A stretch of 64,000 nt of DNA from Cyclobacteriaceae bacterium. GTDB taxonomy: Bacteria > Bacteroidota > Bacteroidia > Cytophagales > Cyclobacteriaceae. Shown piece by piece: positions 19,322 through 28,073 of this stretch. The DNA lies in the NCBI GenBank assembly GCA_044226945.1, contig JBGAGB010000014.1:194-64193 (forward strand). Direction: 5' to 3'. The translations under genes and the position numbers were made by a program. The notes below the pieces were generated by a model. That model did no database searches, had not been told where the DNA came from, and worked only from the letters and a program-made list of their open reading frames with translations. How positions within the stretch are numbered: position 1 is the stretch's first letter; every line of letters starts with the position of its first letter.

Positions 19322-20797
19322 TTAGATGGTAGCAAGCAAGCTCTTGATAGAACACGCTTTCTCCAGGGTCGGCTTAATATCGGCGATCCTGATCCTATCT
19401 TGCTTCATGCTATCTCTGTGTCGGATGGTGACGGTGTCATTCTGCAACGATTCGTGGTCGACCGTTACGCAGAAGGGAGTACCGATTGCATCCATGCGGC
19501 GATAGCGTTTCCCAATCGCGTCCTTATCTTCGTAATAACAACGGAAATCCAATTTCAAATCTTTGAGGATGGCCTCGGCTTTTTCGGGGAGTCCGTCTTT
19601 CCGTACCAACGGCAAAACCGCCACTTTATTGGGTGCGAGTGGTGCGGGAATTGACAAAACCACGCGTTCGTTGTCCTCCTCGCCTGCAATCTTCTCCTCC
19701 TTATAAGATCGCGACAGCGTGGCTAGGAACATGCGATCGAGTCCAATCGACGTCTCAATCACATAAGGTATGTAGCTCTGGTTGTCTTCGGGGTCGAAGT
19801 ACCTGAGCTTCTTGCCCGAATATGTCTCGTGACTCTTCAAATCGAAGTCGGTGCGTGAATGAATCCCTTCTAACTCTTTGAACCCCATCGGGAAATTAAA
19901 CTGGATATCACACGCCGCGTTGGCATAGTGAGCTAAGTTCAAGTGGTCGTGGAAGCGATAGTTATCAGTTCCCAGCCCGAGTGCTTGGTGCCACTTCAGG
20001 CGGCGTTCCTTCCACCAATGGTACCACTTCATTTCTTCACCGGGTTTCACGAAAAATTGCATCTCCATTTGCTCAAATTCGCGCATGCGAAAGATGAACT
20101 GACGGGCAACAATTTCATTTCGGAATGCTTTACCGATTTGAGCAATCCCAAACGGGATCTTCATGCGACCGGTCTTCTGCACGTTCAAGAAATTGACGAA
20201 AATTCCTTGCGCTGTTTCGGGGCGAAGATAAATCTTGCTCGACTCCTCTGCGATCGAACCCATGTCGGTGGAGAACATGAGGTTGAACTGTCGCACGTCG
20301 GTCCAGTTCTTCGTTCCCGAAATTGGGTCGGCTATTTCCAGGTCTACAACGAGTTGCTTCATCGCCGCCATGTCAGACTTGCTCATCGCTTCTTTCAAGC
20401 GGGCGTTGATTTCGTCGATCTTTTTTTGATATTCGACCACACGTGGGTTGGTCGAAATAAACATTTCACGATCGAATGATTCTCCGAAGCGTTTCTCAGC
20501 TTTATCGACTTCTTTCTGAATCTTGTCTTCGATCTTCGCAATTGCATCCTCTATCAACACGTCAGCACGATAGCGCTTCTTCGAATCCCGGTTGTCGATC
20601 ATGGGATCGTTGAAGGCATCTACGTGGCCAGAAGCTTTCCAAGTGGTTGGATGCATGAAAATGGCCGCATCAATCCCCACGATGTTATCATGGAGTTGGG
20701 TCATGAATTTCCACCAATATTCCTTGATGTTGTTTTTCAGCTCGGCACCGTTTTGACCGTAGTCGTATACTGCGCTCAGACCGTCCTGTTGGGCCAT
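19322..20797 (-). CDS. glyQS: glycine--tRNA ligase (alpha2 type), apparently N-terminally short
   Basis: Motifs YDYGQNG, HPTTWKASGHVDAF, FRNE, GIGLDR-like (SIGLDRMF), and a C-terminal anticodon-binding domain. The ORF cannot extend upstream (see findings). Confidence 0.93.
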   Translation of the reverse strand: MAQQDGLSAVYDYGQNGAELKNNIKEYWWKFMTQLHDNIVGIDAAIFMHPTTWKASGHVDAFNDPMIDNRDSKKRYRADVLIEDAIAKIEDKIQKEVDKAEKRFGESFDREMFISTNPRVVEYQKKIDEINARLKEAMSKSDMAAMKQLVVDLEIADPISGTKNWTDVRQFNLMFSTDMGSIAEESSKIYLRPETAQGIFVNFLNVQKTGRMKIPFGIAQIGKAFRNEIVARQFIFRMREFEQMEMQFFVKPGEEMKWYHWWKERRLKWHQALGLGTDNYRFHDHLNLAHYANAACDIQFNFPMGFKELEGIHSRTDFDLKSHETYSGKKLRYFDPEDNQSYIPYVIETSIGLDRMFLATLSRSYKEEKIAGEEDNERVVLSIPAPLAPNKVAVLPLVRKDGLPEKAEAILKDLKLDFRCYYEDKDAIGKRYRRMDAIGTPFCVTVDHESLQNDTVTIRHRDSMKQDRIRIADIKPTLEKACSIKSLLATI

Positions 20798-20804
20798 AGA
20801 ATGG

Positions 20805-20812
20805 CAAATATA
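20805..20812 (-). promoter_or_regulatory. candidate -7 promoter box abutting the glyQS start codon
   Basis: The minus strand reads TATATTTG (perfect TAnnTTTG). 7 nt (ccattct) separate it from the ATG at 20797. Confidence 0.45.
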
Positions 20813-20842
20813 AATGGTTTGGCGCTCAGAGCAATTGGCAAC

Positions 20843-22087
20843 CTACCCCAACACAATGGTGAATGTGGACCCTTCACCTAGCCGTGATTGGATCGAGATG
20901 GAACCACCCATTTGTCCAAGCGTCTCTTTCACGATGTACAGACCGAGGCCGGAACCTTTGGATTTGTCGGAAGCGCGATAAAACATCTTGAACACCTTGT
21001 CGACGTGTTCCTCGGAGATGCCGATTCCGTTGTCTTGAACGGAGATAGTAGGTGGCTCTTGCCCTCGAGCGGCCGAGATCCGGATAAAGCGTATATCCTT
21101 GTTTGGGTCGTGGTACTTGATGGCGTTGTTCAAAAGGTTGTTCATCACGATCTTCACGCGCATCGCATCGGTGGGTATCACCCAATCCTGGGGCAGGTCG
21201 TTTTGGACATGAATCCTTTCGGCTCCCTCAAGGTGTCTCAAGTTCGACGATGTCTCCTCGACCAATTCGTAAATGTTTACTGGTTGGCGAATCACTTCCA
21301 TCCGTTCGTTGCGGGAGTAGTCGATGATCTCTCGAATAAACTCATCCAAATGATGAATTCTTCCCTTCATCAGCTTCAGGTATTCTTGAATTTCGACCGG
21401 GTCAGCCGATCGTTGGGCGATTTCTATGAGTCCAAGCATCGAGCTCAGAGGAGCACGGAGATCATGCGAAGCACTGTAGACAAAACGATCCAGCTCAGCA
21501 TTCACTTTCTGCAACTGTGCGTTCTTCTCTTTCGTCAACTTCTCGGAGTGATGGTGAAGCTGAAGTGTGAAGTACAAGATCGCCACCGAGATCATGAATG
21601 CAAACGTGAAACTTGAGATTGCCCAAATGTTTACCGGGCGGTTCCCCGGGTAAATCCCTGTGTAAGCAATAAAGTATAATGCATACGCGAATAGGATCGA
21701 TGCGATGGCGAGCTTACGGTTCTGATATCCAAATAACACAAACGCTGCAAGCGCGCTGGCGATAAAGAACTGGTGTGGTGCATCGCCGCGAACTCGTACA
21801 GCAAAATAGAAAACCGCCATGTTCACCGCGATCAGCAGGATACCAATCGCCCAAGTGTAGTAGCCACGACGTGTAAGAAGGAGTGAGCAAATTGCTACGA
21901 TAATAACAATCACGTATGGCGCGATCGCATTGTAAATTTCATAATAGAGATTGACAGAAGAATAGTAAAGCCCAATAGCAATGACCACCAATTCAAGATA
22001 GCCGAGCAATAAAGCCCGTCGATAGACCGAGTAATCCTCGATGAATGCTCCCTTACCTAGGATAAGGGTCCTAAAAAAATTTTTCAT
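20843..22087 (-). CDS. membrane sensor histidine kinase
   Basis: About 6 N-terminal TM helices, H-box SHDLRAPL, and N/G boxes (NLLNNAIKY, DNGIGI, GSGLGL). I moved the start to ATG 22087 (MKNFFRTL). The longer ORF extension has no support. Confidence 0.85.
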   Translation of the reverse strand: MKNFFRTLILGKGAFIEDYSVYRRALLLGYLELVVIAIGLYYSSVNLYYEIYNAIAPYVIVIIVAICSLLLTRRGYYTWAIGILLIAVNMAVFYFAVRVRGDAPHQFFIASALAAFVLFGYQNRKLAIASILFAYALYFIAYTGIYPGNRPVNIWAISSFTFAFMISVAILYFTLQLHHHSEKLTKEKNAQLQKVNAELDRFVYSASHDLRAPLSSMLGLIEIAQRSADPVEIQEYLKLMKGRIHHLDEFIREIIDYSRNERMEVIRQPVNIYELVEETSSNLRHLEGAERIHVQNDLPQDWVIPTDAMRVKIVMNNLLNNAIKYHDPNKDIRFIRISAARGQEPPTISVQDNGIGISEEHVDKVFKMFYRASDKSKGSGLGLYIVKETLGQMGGSISIQSRLGEGSTFTIVLG

Positions 22088-22175
22088 CCGGGCGAACGCA
22101 TGTAAAATTAGAATTTTTGGCGGCGGTTCAAGCAACCCGGGACACTAGTTCTTTTTTCATAATTTCCGGTTTCCG

Positions 22176-23057
22176 ATGAAAATCAGCTACCAGAAACTCG
22201 CGTTGGGGATCGCTTTTTCGCCTACGGCCGAAGCGATGCTCGCCGAAACCTCTCGGTTGGCGCGCTCCTTCCAAGCCGAGTTGCTCCTGATCCACGTCGG
22301 AGTGAAGAGTCTGGAAAACGAGCAGAAGTTGGTGTCGTTGCTCGAAAGCAGCGAGGTGGACCCACAACAAGTCACTGTTATTTGGGAGTCTGGCGATCCA
22401 GCACGTGTGATCCTGGATTGTTGTCGGAAGCATGGTGTGGATCTTTTGGTTACCGGAGCCCTGAAGACTGAAAATCTTGTTCAGTACTATGTAGGTAGTG
22501 TGGCTCGGAGAGTGTTGCGACAAGCCAAGTGCTCTGTCTACACCATCGTGAACCCTTCTAAAGATCCAAAGCGCTTTCGCAACATCGTAGTCAATGCCGA
22601 AGACAGTAGTTTCATCGAAGAGGCCATCGCGACCGCTTGCCTGCTATCGCCGAAAGACAACGGGACATGGGTTCACATCGTGCGAGAATTGAAACTCTAC
22701 GGCCTCACCATGAGTGCCAACGATCAATATACCGAAGAAGAGTACGACGACGTACGACAGGGCTTGGTCAAGCAGGAGATCGATAAGGTAGAAGACTTAC
22801 TGCAAACTATTCCCCATCAAGGTATTCGCATCAATATCAAGATGGTTTCCGGCAAATCAGGATTCGAATTGCCGAAGTTTGCCGAGCGCAAAGAAGCGGA
22901 CTTGTTGGTCGTTGGCGCGCCACCTCGAAAGTTTCACATTTTCGACCGATTGTTTCCACACGATCTCGAATACATCTTCGCCGATCTGCCTTGCAACCTG
23001 CTCGTGGTGCGGCCAAGTAAATATCGACAATCTGGAAAGGAGGCGAATCGTGGGTAA
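22176..23057 (+). CDS. universal stress protein, tandem Usp domains
   Basis: Two Usp-like halves, each ending in G..G....GSVA/VVG-type ATP-binding motifs (LLVTGALKTE...GSVARRVL and LLVVGAPPR). Confidence 0.8.
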   Translation: MKISYQKLALGIAFSPTAEAMLAETSRLARSFQAELLLIHVGVKSLENEQKLVSLLESSEVDPQQVTVIWESGDPARVILDCCRKHGVDLLVTGALKTENLVQYYVGSVARRVLRQAKCSVYTIVNPSKDPKRFRNIVVNAEDSSFIEEAIATACLLSPKDNGTWVHIVRELKLYGLTMSANDQYTEEEYDDVRQGLVKQEIDKVEDLLQTIPHQGIRINIKMVSGKSGFELPKFAERKEADLLVVGAPPRKFHIFDRLFPHDLEYIFADLPCNLLVVRPSKYRQSGKEANRG

Positions 23058-24291
23058 GCTATCGCATGATGCCGTCGTTCAATTGCTGATTCAACTCAGC
23101 ATCATGCTGCTGGTGGGTCGTGCATTTGCCGAAGTTGCGCGCCGGCTCAAACAACCCGCCGTCGTGGGCGAAATCGTTGCGGGGATTCTGCTTGGTCCCA
23201 CGTTCATGGGCATGCTCCGCCCTGAGTGGTTCGAAGCATTATTTCCTGTCGGCGATAGCTCAGGCGTCGTGCTTGCGGGTATTACTCAAGTGGCAGTTGT
23301 GATGCTGTTGTTCATTGGTGGACTCGAAGTTGACCTTCATGTGGTGTGGCAACAAGGGCGTCAAGCAATCATCACGAGTTTATTTGGATTGATAATCCCA
23401 TTCGGGTTTGGTTTTGTGTTCCCTTACTTTTTCCCGGAGTTTTTCGGGATGGCCGAAAACAGTTCCAACTTCATCTTCGCATTGTTTATGGGCACCGCCA
23501 TGGCCATCACCGCATTGCCCGTGATCGTGCGAATCTTGATGGACCTGAACTTGTTCAAATCCCGGATGGGTTTGTTGGTCGTGTCTTCTGCGATGATCGA
23601 CGACACCGTCGGGTGGCTGATCTTTTCGATGATCTTGGGAATGATTGGAAAGGGAAGCGGAAATATGTCCCTTCTCAACACGATCATCCTCACGCTCACC
23701 TTCACCGCAGTGATGCTCACCATCGGAAGAGGCTTGATCAACCGTGCCCTGCCGTGGATTAACAAGAAACTTGCATGGCCAGGAGGTATCTTATCGGTGT
23801 CGCTCGCTTTGTGCTTCCTCGGCGCCTCGTTTACCGAATACATTGGGATACACGCGGTGTTCGGTGCATTTATCATTGGGGTTTCGGTTGGCGATTCGGA
23901 ACACTTCTCGGAACGCGCCAAGGAAATCGTCCATCAATTTATCAACAACATCTTCGCGCCGCTGTTCTTTGTGTCGATCGGGTTGCGCGTCAACTTCGTG
24001 GCCAACTTCGATCTCACATTGACGTTGATCATCATTCTGATCGCCTTTGCGGGCAAGATCATCGGGAGTGGTATTGGCACACGTATCGGGGGTTTCACGT
24101 GGCGCGAATCTCTCGCTGCAGGCTTCGGGATGAACGCTCGTGGCGCAATGGAAATCATCCTCGGCCTAGTAGCCCTCGAAAATGGCTTGATCAATGAAAA
24201 AGTCTTTGTGTCCCTCGTCATTATGGCGTTGGTCACGAGCATGAGTTCGGGTCCACTCATGAAAAAGGTGCTTGGGTCAAAACTCGACTGA
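23050..24291 (+). CDS. cation:proton antiporter (CPA2/Kef-like)
   Basis: About 12 TM helices; N-terminus LIQLSIMLLVGRAFAEVARRLKQPAVVGEIVAGILLGP is typical of CPA2. The start is set at GTG 23050, overlapping the Usp stop (GTGGGTAA). The 22879 extension lies inside the Usp gene. Confidence 0.8.
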   Translation: MGKLSHDAVVQLLIQLSIMLLVGRAFAEVARRLKQPAVVGEIVAGILLGPTFMGMLRPEWFEALFPVGDSSGVVLAGITQVAVVMLLFIGGLEVDLHVVWQQGRQAIITSLFGLIIPFGFGFVFPYFFPEFFGMAENSSNFIFALFMGTAMAITALPVIVRILMDLNLFKSRMGLLVVSSAMIDDTVGWLIFSMILGMIGKGSGNMSLLNTIILTLTFTAVMLTIGRGLINRALPWINKKLAWPGGILSVSLALCFLGASFTEYIGIHAVFGAFIIGVSVGDSEHFSERAKEIVHQFINNIFAPLFFVSIGLRVNFVANFDLTLTLIIILIAFAGKIIGSGIGTRIGGFTWRESLAAGFGMNARGAMEIILGLVALENGLINEKVFVSLVIMALVTSMSSGPLMKKVLGSKLD

Positions 24292-24401
24292 CCTCGTTCA
24301 CCGACGCCCACCCCCCGTTCACCTACTAACACCCAGCGCCAGCCTTATTCCGGTGGCCTGATGCCTGTTCCGGGCGTTTCTTTACATAAAATTCAACGCA
24401 T

Positions 24402-25187
24402 ATGGAACCGTACAACAAGGGAACCCAACCCCAATCAACCACAACAGAAAAAAAGAGTGATAGTCCCAAGGGCTTTGGCGGTCGCGCCGGCGCGGGCATG
24501 ATCATCCTCATCGTTGGAGCCGCCTTGCTTGCGAGGTCGTTCGACGTGCAACTCCCCCACTTCCTCTTCACATGGCCGATGCTCCTGATCGTAATCGGCT
24601 TGTTCATCGGGGTTCGTCATCGCTTCAAAAACTGGGCTTGGCTGTTCCCCTTCGGAATTGGCGTAGTATTCCTCCTCGACCATGAGCTCTATTTCCGATT
24701 CGACGTGCGGGAATTCCTGTGGCCAGCTATCCTAATCATCATAGGCTTGGTGATGATCTTCCGACCGAAGAAAAACAAGTCGGATGAGGACTGGTCTTCC
24801 TTCAACTTTTCAAAAAAGGCGGCAGACCGTGAAATGGGAAAACTAAGCGACGAAGACTACATCGAGACTGTGTCAGTGTTCGGCAGCACACGCAAGAACA
24901 TCCTGTCGAAGGACTTTAAAGGAGGCGAGGTAGTGAGCTTTTTCGGCGGCACCGAATTGAACTTGCACCAAGCCGACATTACTGGTCCCATCCAGCTCGA
25001 AGTGACACAGGTATTTGGTGGCACTAAGTTGATCGTACCTGCCAACTGGAGAATTCAGTCCGAACTGGTATCGGTCTTCGGAGGTGTAGACGACAAGCGG
25101 ATGGTACAACCCAATGTAGATCAATCGAAGGTACTCGTGCTGCGCGGCACCAATGTGTTCGGCGGCCTGGAAATCAAAAGTTACTAA
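24402..25187 (+). CDS. LiaF-like membrane protein (cell-envelope stress module, DUF2154-type C-terminus)
   Basis: 4 TM helices followed by a repetitive beta-rich C-terminal domain (SVFGSTRK, SFFGGTEL, QVFGGTKL, SVFGGVDD, NVFGGLEI). Confidence 0.7.
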   Translation: MEPYNKGTQPQSTTTEKKSDSPKGFGGRAGAGMIILIVGAALLARSFDVQLPHFLFTWPMLLIVIGLFIGVRHRFKNWAWLFPFGIGVVFLLDHELYFRFDVREFLWPAILIIIGLVMIFRPKKNKSDEDWSSFNFSKKAADREMGKLSDEDYIETVSVFGSTRKNILSKDFKGGEVVSFFGGTELNLHQADITGPIQLEVTQVFGGTKLIVPANWRIQSELVSVFGGVDDKRMVQPNVDQSKVLVLRGTNVFGGLEIKSY

Positions 25188-25199
25188 AACCACCACGGC

Positions 25200-25223
25200 G
25201 CCCCGACTGGGATGAGTCGGGGC
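25200..25223 (+). other. GC-rich hairpin between the LiaF-like gene and the DUF4288-like gene
   Basis: Perfect 9-bp stem gccccgact / agtcggggc with a 6-nt loop and no following T-run. It could be an attenuator or processing element, or have no function. Confidence 0.35.
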
Positions 25224-25251
25224 ACCTCAAAAACTCCTAAACTCTCTGGTT

Positions 25252-25596
25252 ATGAACTGGTACATCGCGAAAATCGTCTTCCGGATATGCAGCGAAGGAT
25301 CTGTGAAACCACAATTTGATGAACATATCAGGTTGATTGCTGCAAGCAACTTCGACGAAGCGTTCCTAAAAGCACGTGTGCTCGGCATCAGCGAAGAGGA
25401 TGCCTTCTTCAACGATCGGAACAAACCAGTAAAGTGGGAGTTTATCAATGTTGCGGAGTTGTTCCCAATCGAAGAGCTCAAGGATGGATCGGAGATCTAT
25501 TCCACGATCACGGAGAGAGAGGAAGCGTCGAGCTACATCCACACGATCCACCAGCGGGCCGTGTTCATGCAAACGAAAGAGCGACCATTGTTCTAA
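25252..25596 (+). CDS. small conserved protein, DUF4288-like
   Basis: 114 aa. The pattern WY.AKIVFRI...FDE...LI.A...EA..KA...G......F.N.....V.W.F..V matches my memory of DUF4288. Confidence 0.55.
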   Translation: MNWYIAKIVFRICSEGSVKPQFDEHIRLIAASNFDEAFLKARVLGISEEDAFFNDRNKPVKWEFINVAELFPIEELKDGSEIYSTITEREEASSYIHTIHQRAVFMQTKERPLF

Positions 25597-25608
25597 ATTC
25601 TTTGCATC

Positions 25609-26655
25609 TTGAGCTCACCAAGTAAGTTGAAGAGCCCTTATTTCAAATTCGCGATCTGGTGGATTTTTTGGACGACCGTCGGCACGATCGTCATCCACCA
25701 GTTTGCTTTTTCCTGGACCCTTTCTTTTGCCGACGCCGCCCTGACGCAACTGGATTGGACCATCGCTGGGTATGCACTCAACTCGATGCTGCGGTTCTAC
25801 CAGCCGAGTAGCCGGAACCTGCTTAACCTCTTTGCGTTCAGCATTGCACTGGCAGCGCTTTTCACCTACCTCGTGTTGCCATACGGTTTGCCCAAGGTGA
25901 TCGACTGGGTGGACAGCGACCCGCGTTACCCTTCATTCTTAAATGGGTCGTTGTTCCTCCGTTTCATATTCTCTTGGATGCAGTTGCTTTTTGTCGCGGC
26001 CACTACGTGGATGTGGTACTTTATCGAAGAGCAACAAAGAGGTCAAAAGGTAAAATCAGATACAGAACAATTGGCGCGCGATGCCGAACTCGCACAACTT
26101 CGCCAGCAATTACAGCCACACTTTCTTTTCAATAGCCTTAATTCGATCAACGCGTTGGTGGTGTCGCAACCTGAACTGGCGCGGCGGATGATTCAACAAC
26201 TCTCCGACTTCCTGCGTGGCACCGTTAAAAAAGATGACAGGCAAGTCGTTACGCTCGAAGAAGAACTTCAGCAGTTGTCATTGTATCTGGAAATTGAGAA
26301 GGTGCGATTCGGCTACCGACTGAACGCCGAAATTAAAGCCGATGAAGCCGCTCGCAATTCGTCGCTCCCACCATTGCTGCTTCAACCAATCGTAGAGAAC
26401 GCCATTAAGTTCGGATTGTACGATACGATTGGTGAGATCACGATTTCAATAGAGGCGACGCGGGTAGGAAACGAGTTGATTATAAATGTCACCAACCCCT
26501 TCGATCCTACCACTGCACAACCGCGCCGCGGAACAGGATTTGGATTGAACTCGATCTCAAGACGCCTGTACTTGATTTACTTCAACAACAACTTGCTTCA
26601 AACACATGTGGAGGGATCTACTTTCACCACCACCATCAAAATACCTCAACTATGA
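25609..26655 (+). CDS. LytS/YehU-type sensor histidine kinase
   Basis: Multi-TM N-terminus, His_kinase box LQPHFLFNSLNSI, HATPase region (LLLQPIVENAIKFG, GTGFGL). 4-nt overlap with the LytTR regulator. Confidence 0.8.
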   Translation: MSSPSKLKSPYFKFAIWWIFWTTVGTIVIHQFAFSWTLSFADAALTQLDWTIAGYALNSMLRFYQPSSRNLLNLFAFSIALAALFTYLVLPYGLPKVIDWVDSDPRYPSFLNGSLFLRFIFSWMQLLFVAATTWMWYFIEEQQRGQKVKSDTEQLARDAELAQLRQQLQPHFLFNSLNSINALVVSQPELARRMIQQLSDFLRGTVKKDDRQVVTLEEELQQLSLYLEIEKVRFGYRLNAEIKADEAARNSSLPPLLLQPIVENAIKFGLYDTIGEITISIEATRVGNELIINVTNPFDPTTAQPRRGTGFGLNSISRRLYLIYFNNNLLQTHVEGSTFTTTIKIPQL

Positions 26656-27392
26656 TCAAGGTTATCCTCATCGATGACGAGCCCCTCGCCCGGAGCATGG
26701 TGCGCGAGTATCTCCAGGGTTGGCCCGAGATGACGATTGTACAAGAGTGCAACGACGGTTTCGAAGGCGTCAAAGCAATTGCCACCCATAAACCTGACCT
26801 GGTGTTCCTCGATATACAGATGCCAAAAATCAACGGCTTCGAAATGCTGGAGTTGATCGACAGTCCACCCTCTGTCATCTTCACCACTGCATTCGACGAG
26901 TACGCCATGAAAGCGTTTGAAGCACACGCCATTGATTACTTGCTGAAACCTTTCGCAAAAGAGCGATTCGATAAAGCTGTTCAAAAGTGGTTGACCTCCC
27001 GACAAAACCCATCCCAACAAACGGCGATGGCACAAGTGGTGGAGAATGCATCGCAACCAGAAGAGAAGAATCGAATTGTTGTGAAGAAGGGGAACAATAT
27101 CGTGATACTACCGGTGCACACCATTCACTACCTAGAAGCCTACGACGACTACGTGAAGATTCACACGAAAGATGGGTTCTATTTGAAGAAGAAAACCATG
27201 AGTCATTTCGAGCAGGCACTCGACACCAACGAATTTGTTCGCGTCCACAGATCTTATCTACTGAACCTACAAGAGCTGACTCGGATTGAACCACTCGAAA
27301 AAGACAGTCACGTCGCGTTGCTGAAAAGTGGCACGCGCATTCCACTGAGTGCTTCGGGTTACATGAAGTTGAAAGAGGTGCTTGGAATTTAA
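26652..27392 (+). CDS. LytR/AlgR-family response regulator (REC + LytTR)
   Basis: REC domain (ILIDDE, DLVFLDIQMP, K at LLKP). C-terminal LytTR domain (YLEAYDDYVKIHT...VHRSYLLN). Confidence 0.9.
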   Translation: MIKVILIDDEPLARSMVREYLQGWPEMTIVQECNDGFEGVKAIATHKPDLVFLDIQMPKINGFEMLELIDSPPSVIFTTAFDEYAMKAFEAHAIDYLLKPFAKERFDKAVQKWLTSRQNPSQQTAMAQVVENASQPEEKNRIVVKKGNNIVILPVHTIHYLEAYDDYVKIHTKDGFYLKKKTMSHFEQALDTNEFVRVHRSYLLNLQELTRIEPLEKDSHVALLKSGTRIPLSASGYMKLKEVLGI

Positions 27393-27395
27393 GCG

Positions 27396-28052
27396 CTAAG
27401 AAATCGCTTCAACGAGGAAGTCGTTCAGGGGCTTCAGTAGTTTACAAGCCTCGGCTACTTTCTTGGGAAACTGTTTGCTCACCACTTCGGCATCGGTGAA
27501 ATTATGTGACACGACAAAACTCTTGTTCTTCAGGAGGTCAATGTGCGGGTGATCCTTCGCATAGCCTTTGGGCATCGTTTTGAGTTTATCCCAATCGCTC
27601 AACCCTCCGAAAAAGGCTTTAAACTTCTTGGCGTTGAGAATCTTCAGCAGGCGCTCGGGATTGTAGTCGATCTCCTGGCGAACCTTTGCTAGGTTGGGCG
27701 GATCCGGCATATAGAGCCCTCCCGCCACGAAACTCTTGTTTCCCGGCTCAATGTGAATATAGTAGCCCGGTTCTTGCTCCATTTTCCCTTTTGGGGAAAA
27801 ACCAGCGCCCATGTTCGTTTTATAGGGACGTTTGTCCTTGCTGAATCGCACGTCGCGATAAATTCTAAAAGCTTGTTTCCTCGGGTTAAGACCTGCCAAG
27901 CCATCGTCAAACTTCAACAAGTCTTTGTGTAAAGCTTCCAAGAAGTCGTCGAACGCAGTCTTTTGAGCTAGGTAAGTCGGCTTGTTTTTTTCAAACCACT
28001 CGCGGTTGTTGTTTTTGGCAACGCCCTTCAAGAATTTCAAAATATCTTCCAT
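27396..28052 (-). CDS. DUF2461 (TIGR02453) family protein
   Basis: NNNREWFEKNK...IYRDVRFSKDK.PYKT signature. Confidence 0.7.
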   Translation of the reverse strand: MEDILKFLKGVAKNNNREWFEKNKPTYLAQKTAFDDFLEALHKDLLKFDDGLAGLNPRKQAFRIYRDVRFSKDKRPYKTNMGAGFSPKGKMEQEPGYYIHIEPGNKSFVAGGLYMPDPPNLAKVRQEIDYNPERLLKILNAKKFKAFFGGLSDWDKLKTMPKGYAKDHPHIDLLKNKSFVVSHNFTDAEVVSKQFPKKVAEACKLLKPLNDFLVEAIS

Positions 28053-28073
28053 GCGATTCTATTGCATTTCATT

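Noticed and set aside
20888-21616. 242-aa ORF antisense to the histidine kinase. Similar cases are 14929-15621 (antisense to the RND and GMC genes) and 44066-44668 (antisense to aguA).
   Set aside because: These are shadow ORFs opposite well-supported genes with low-complexity products. 14929-15621 would also span an intergenic region containing a promoter for the opposite strand.
22879-23049. N-terminal 57-codon extension of the CPA2 antiporter ORF
   Set aside because: The extension lies inside the Usp gene in another frame. The conserved antiporter N-terminus begins right after GTG 23050.
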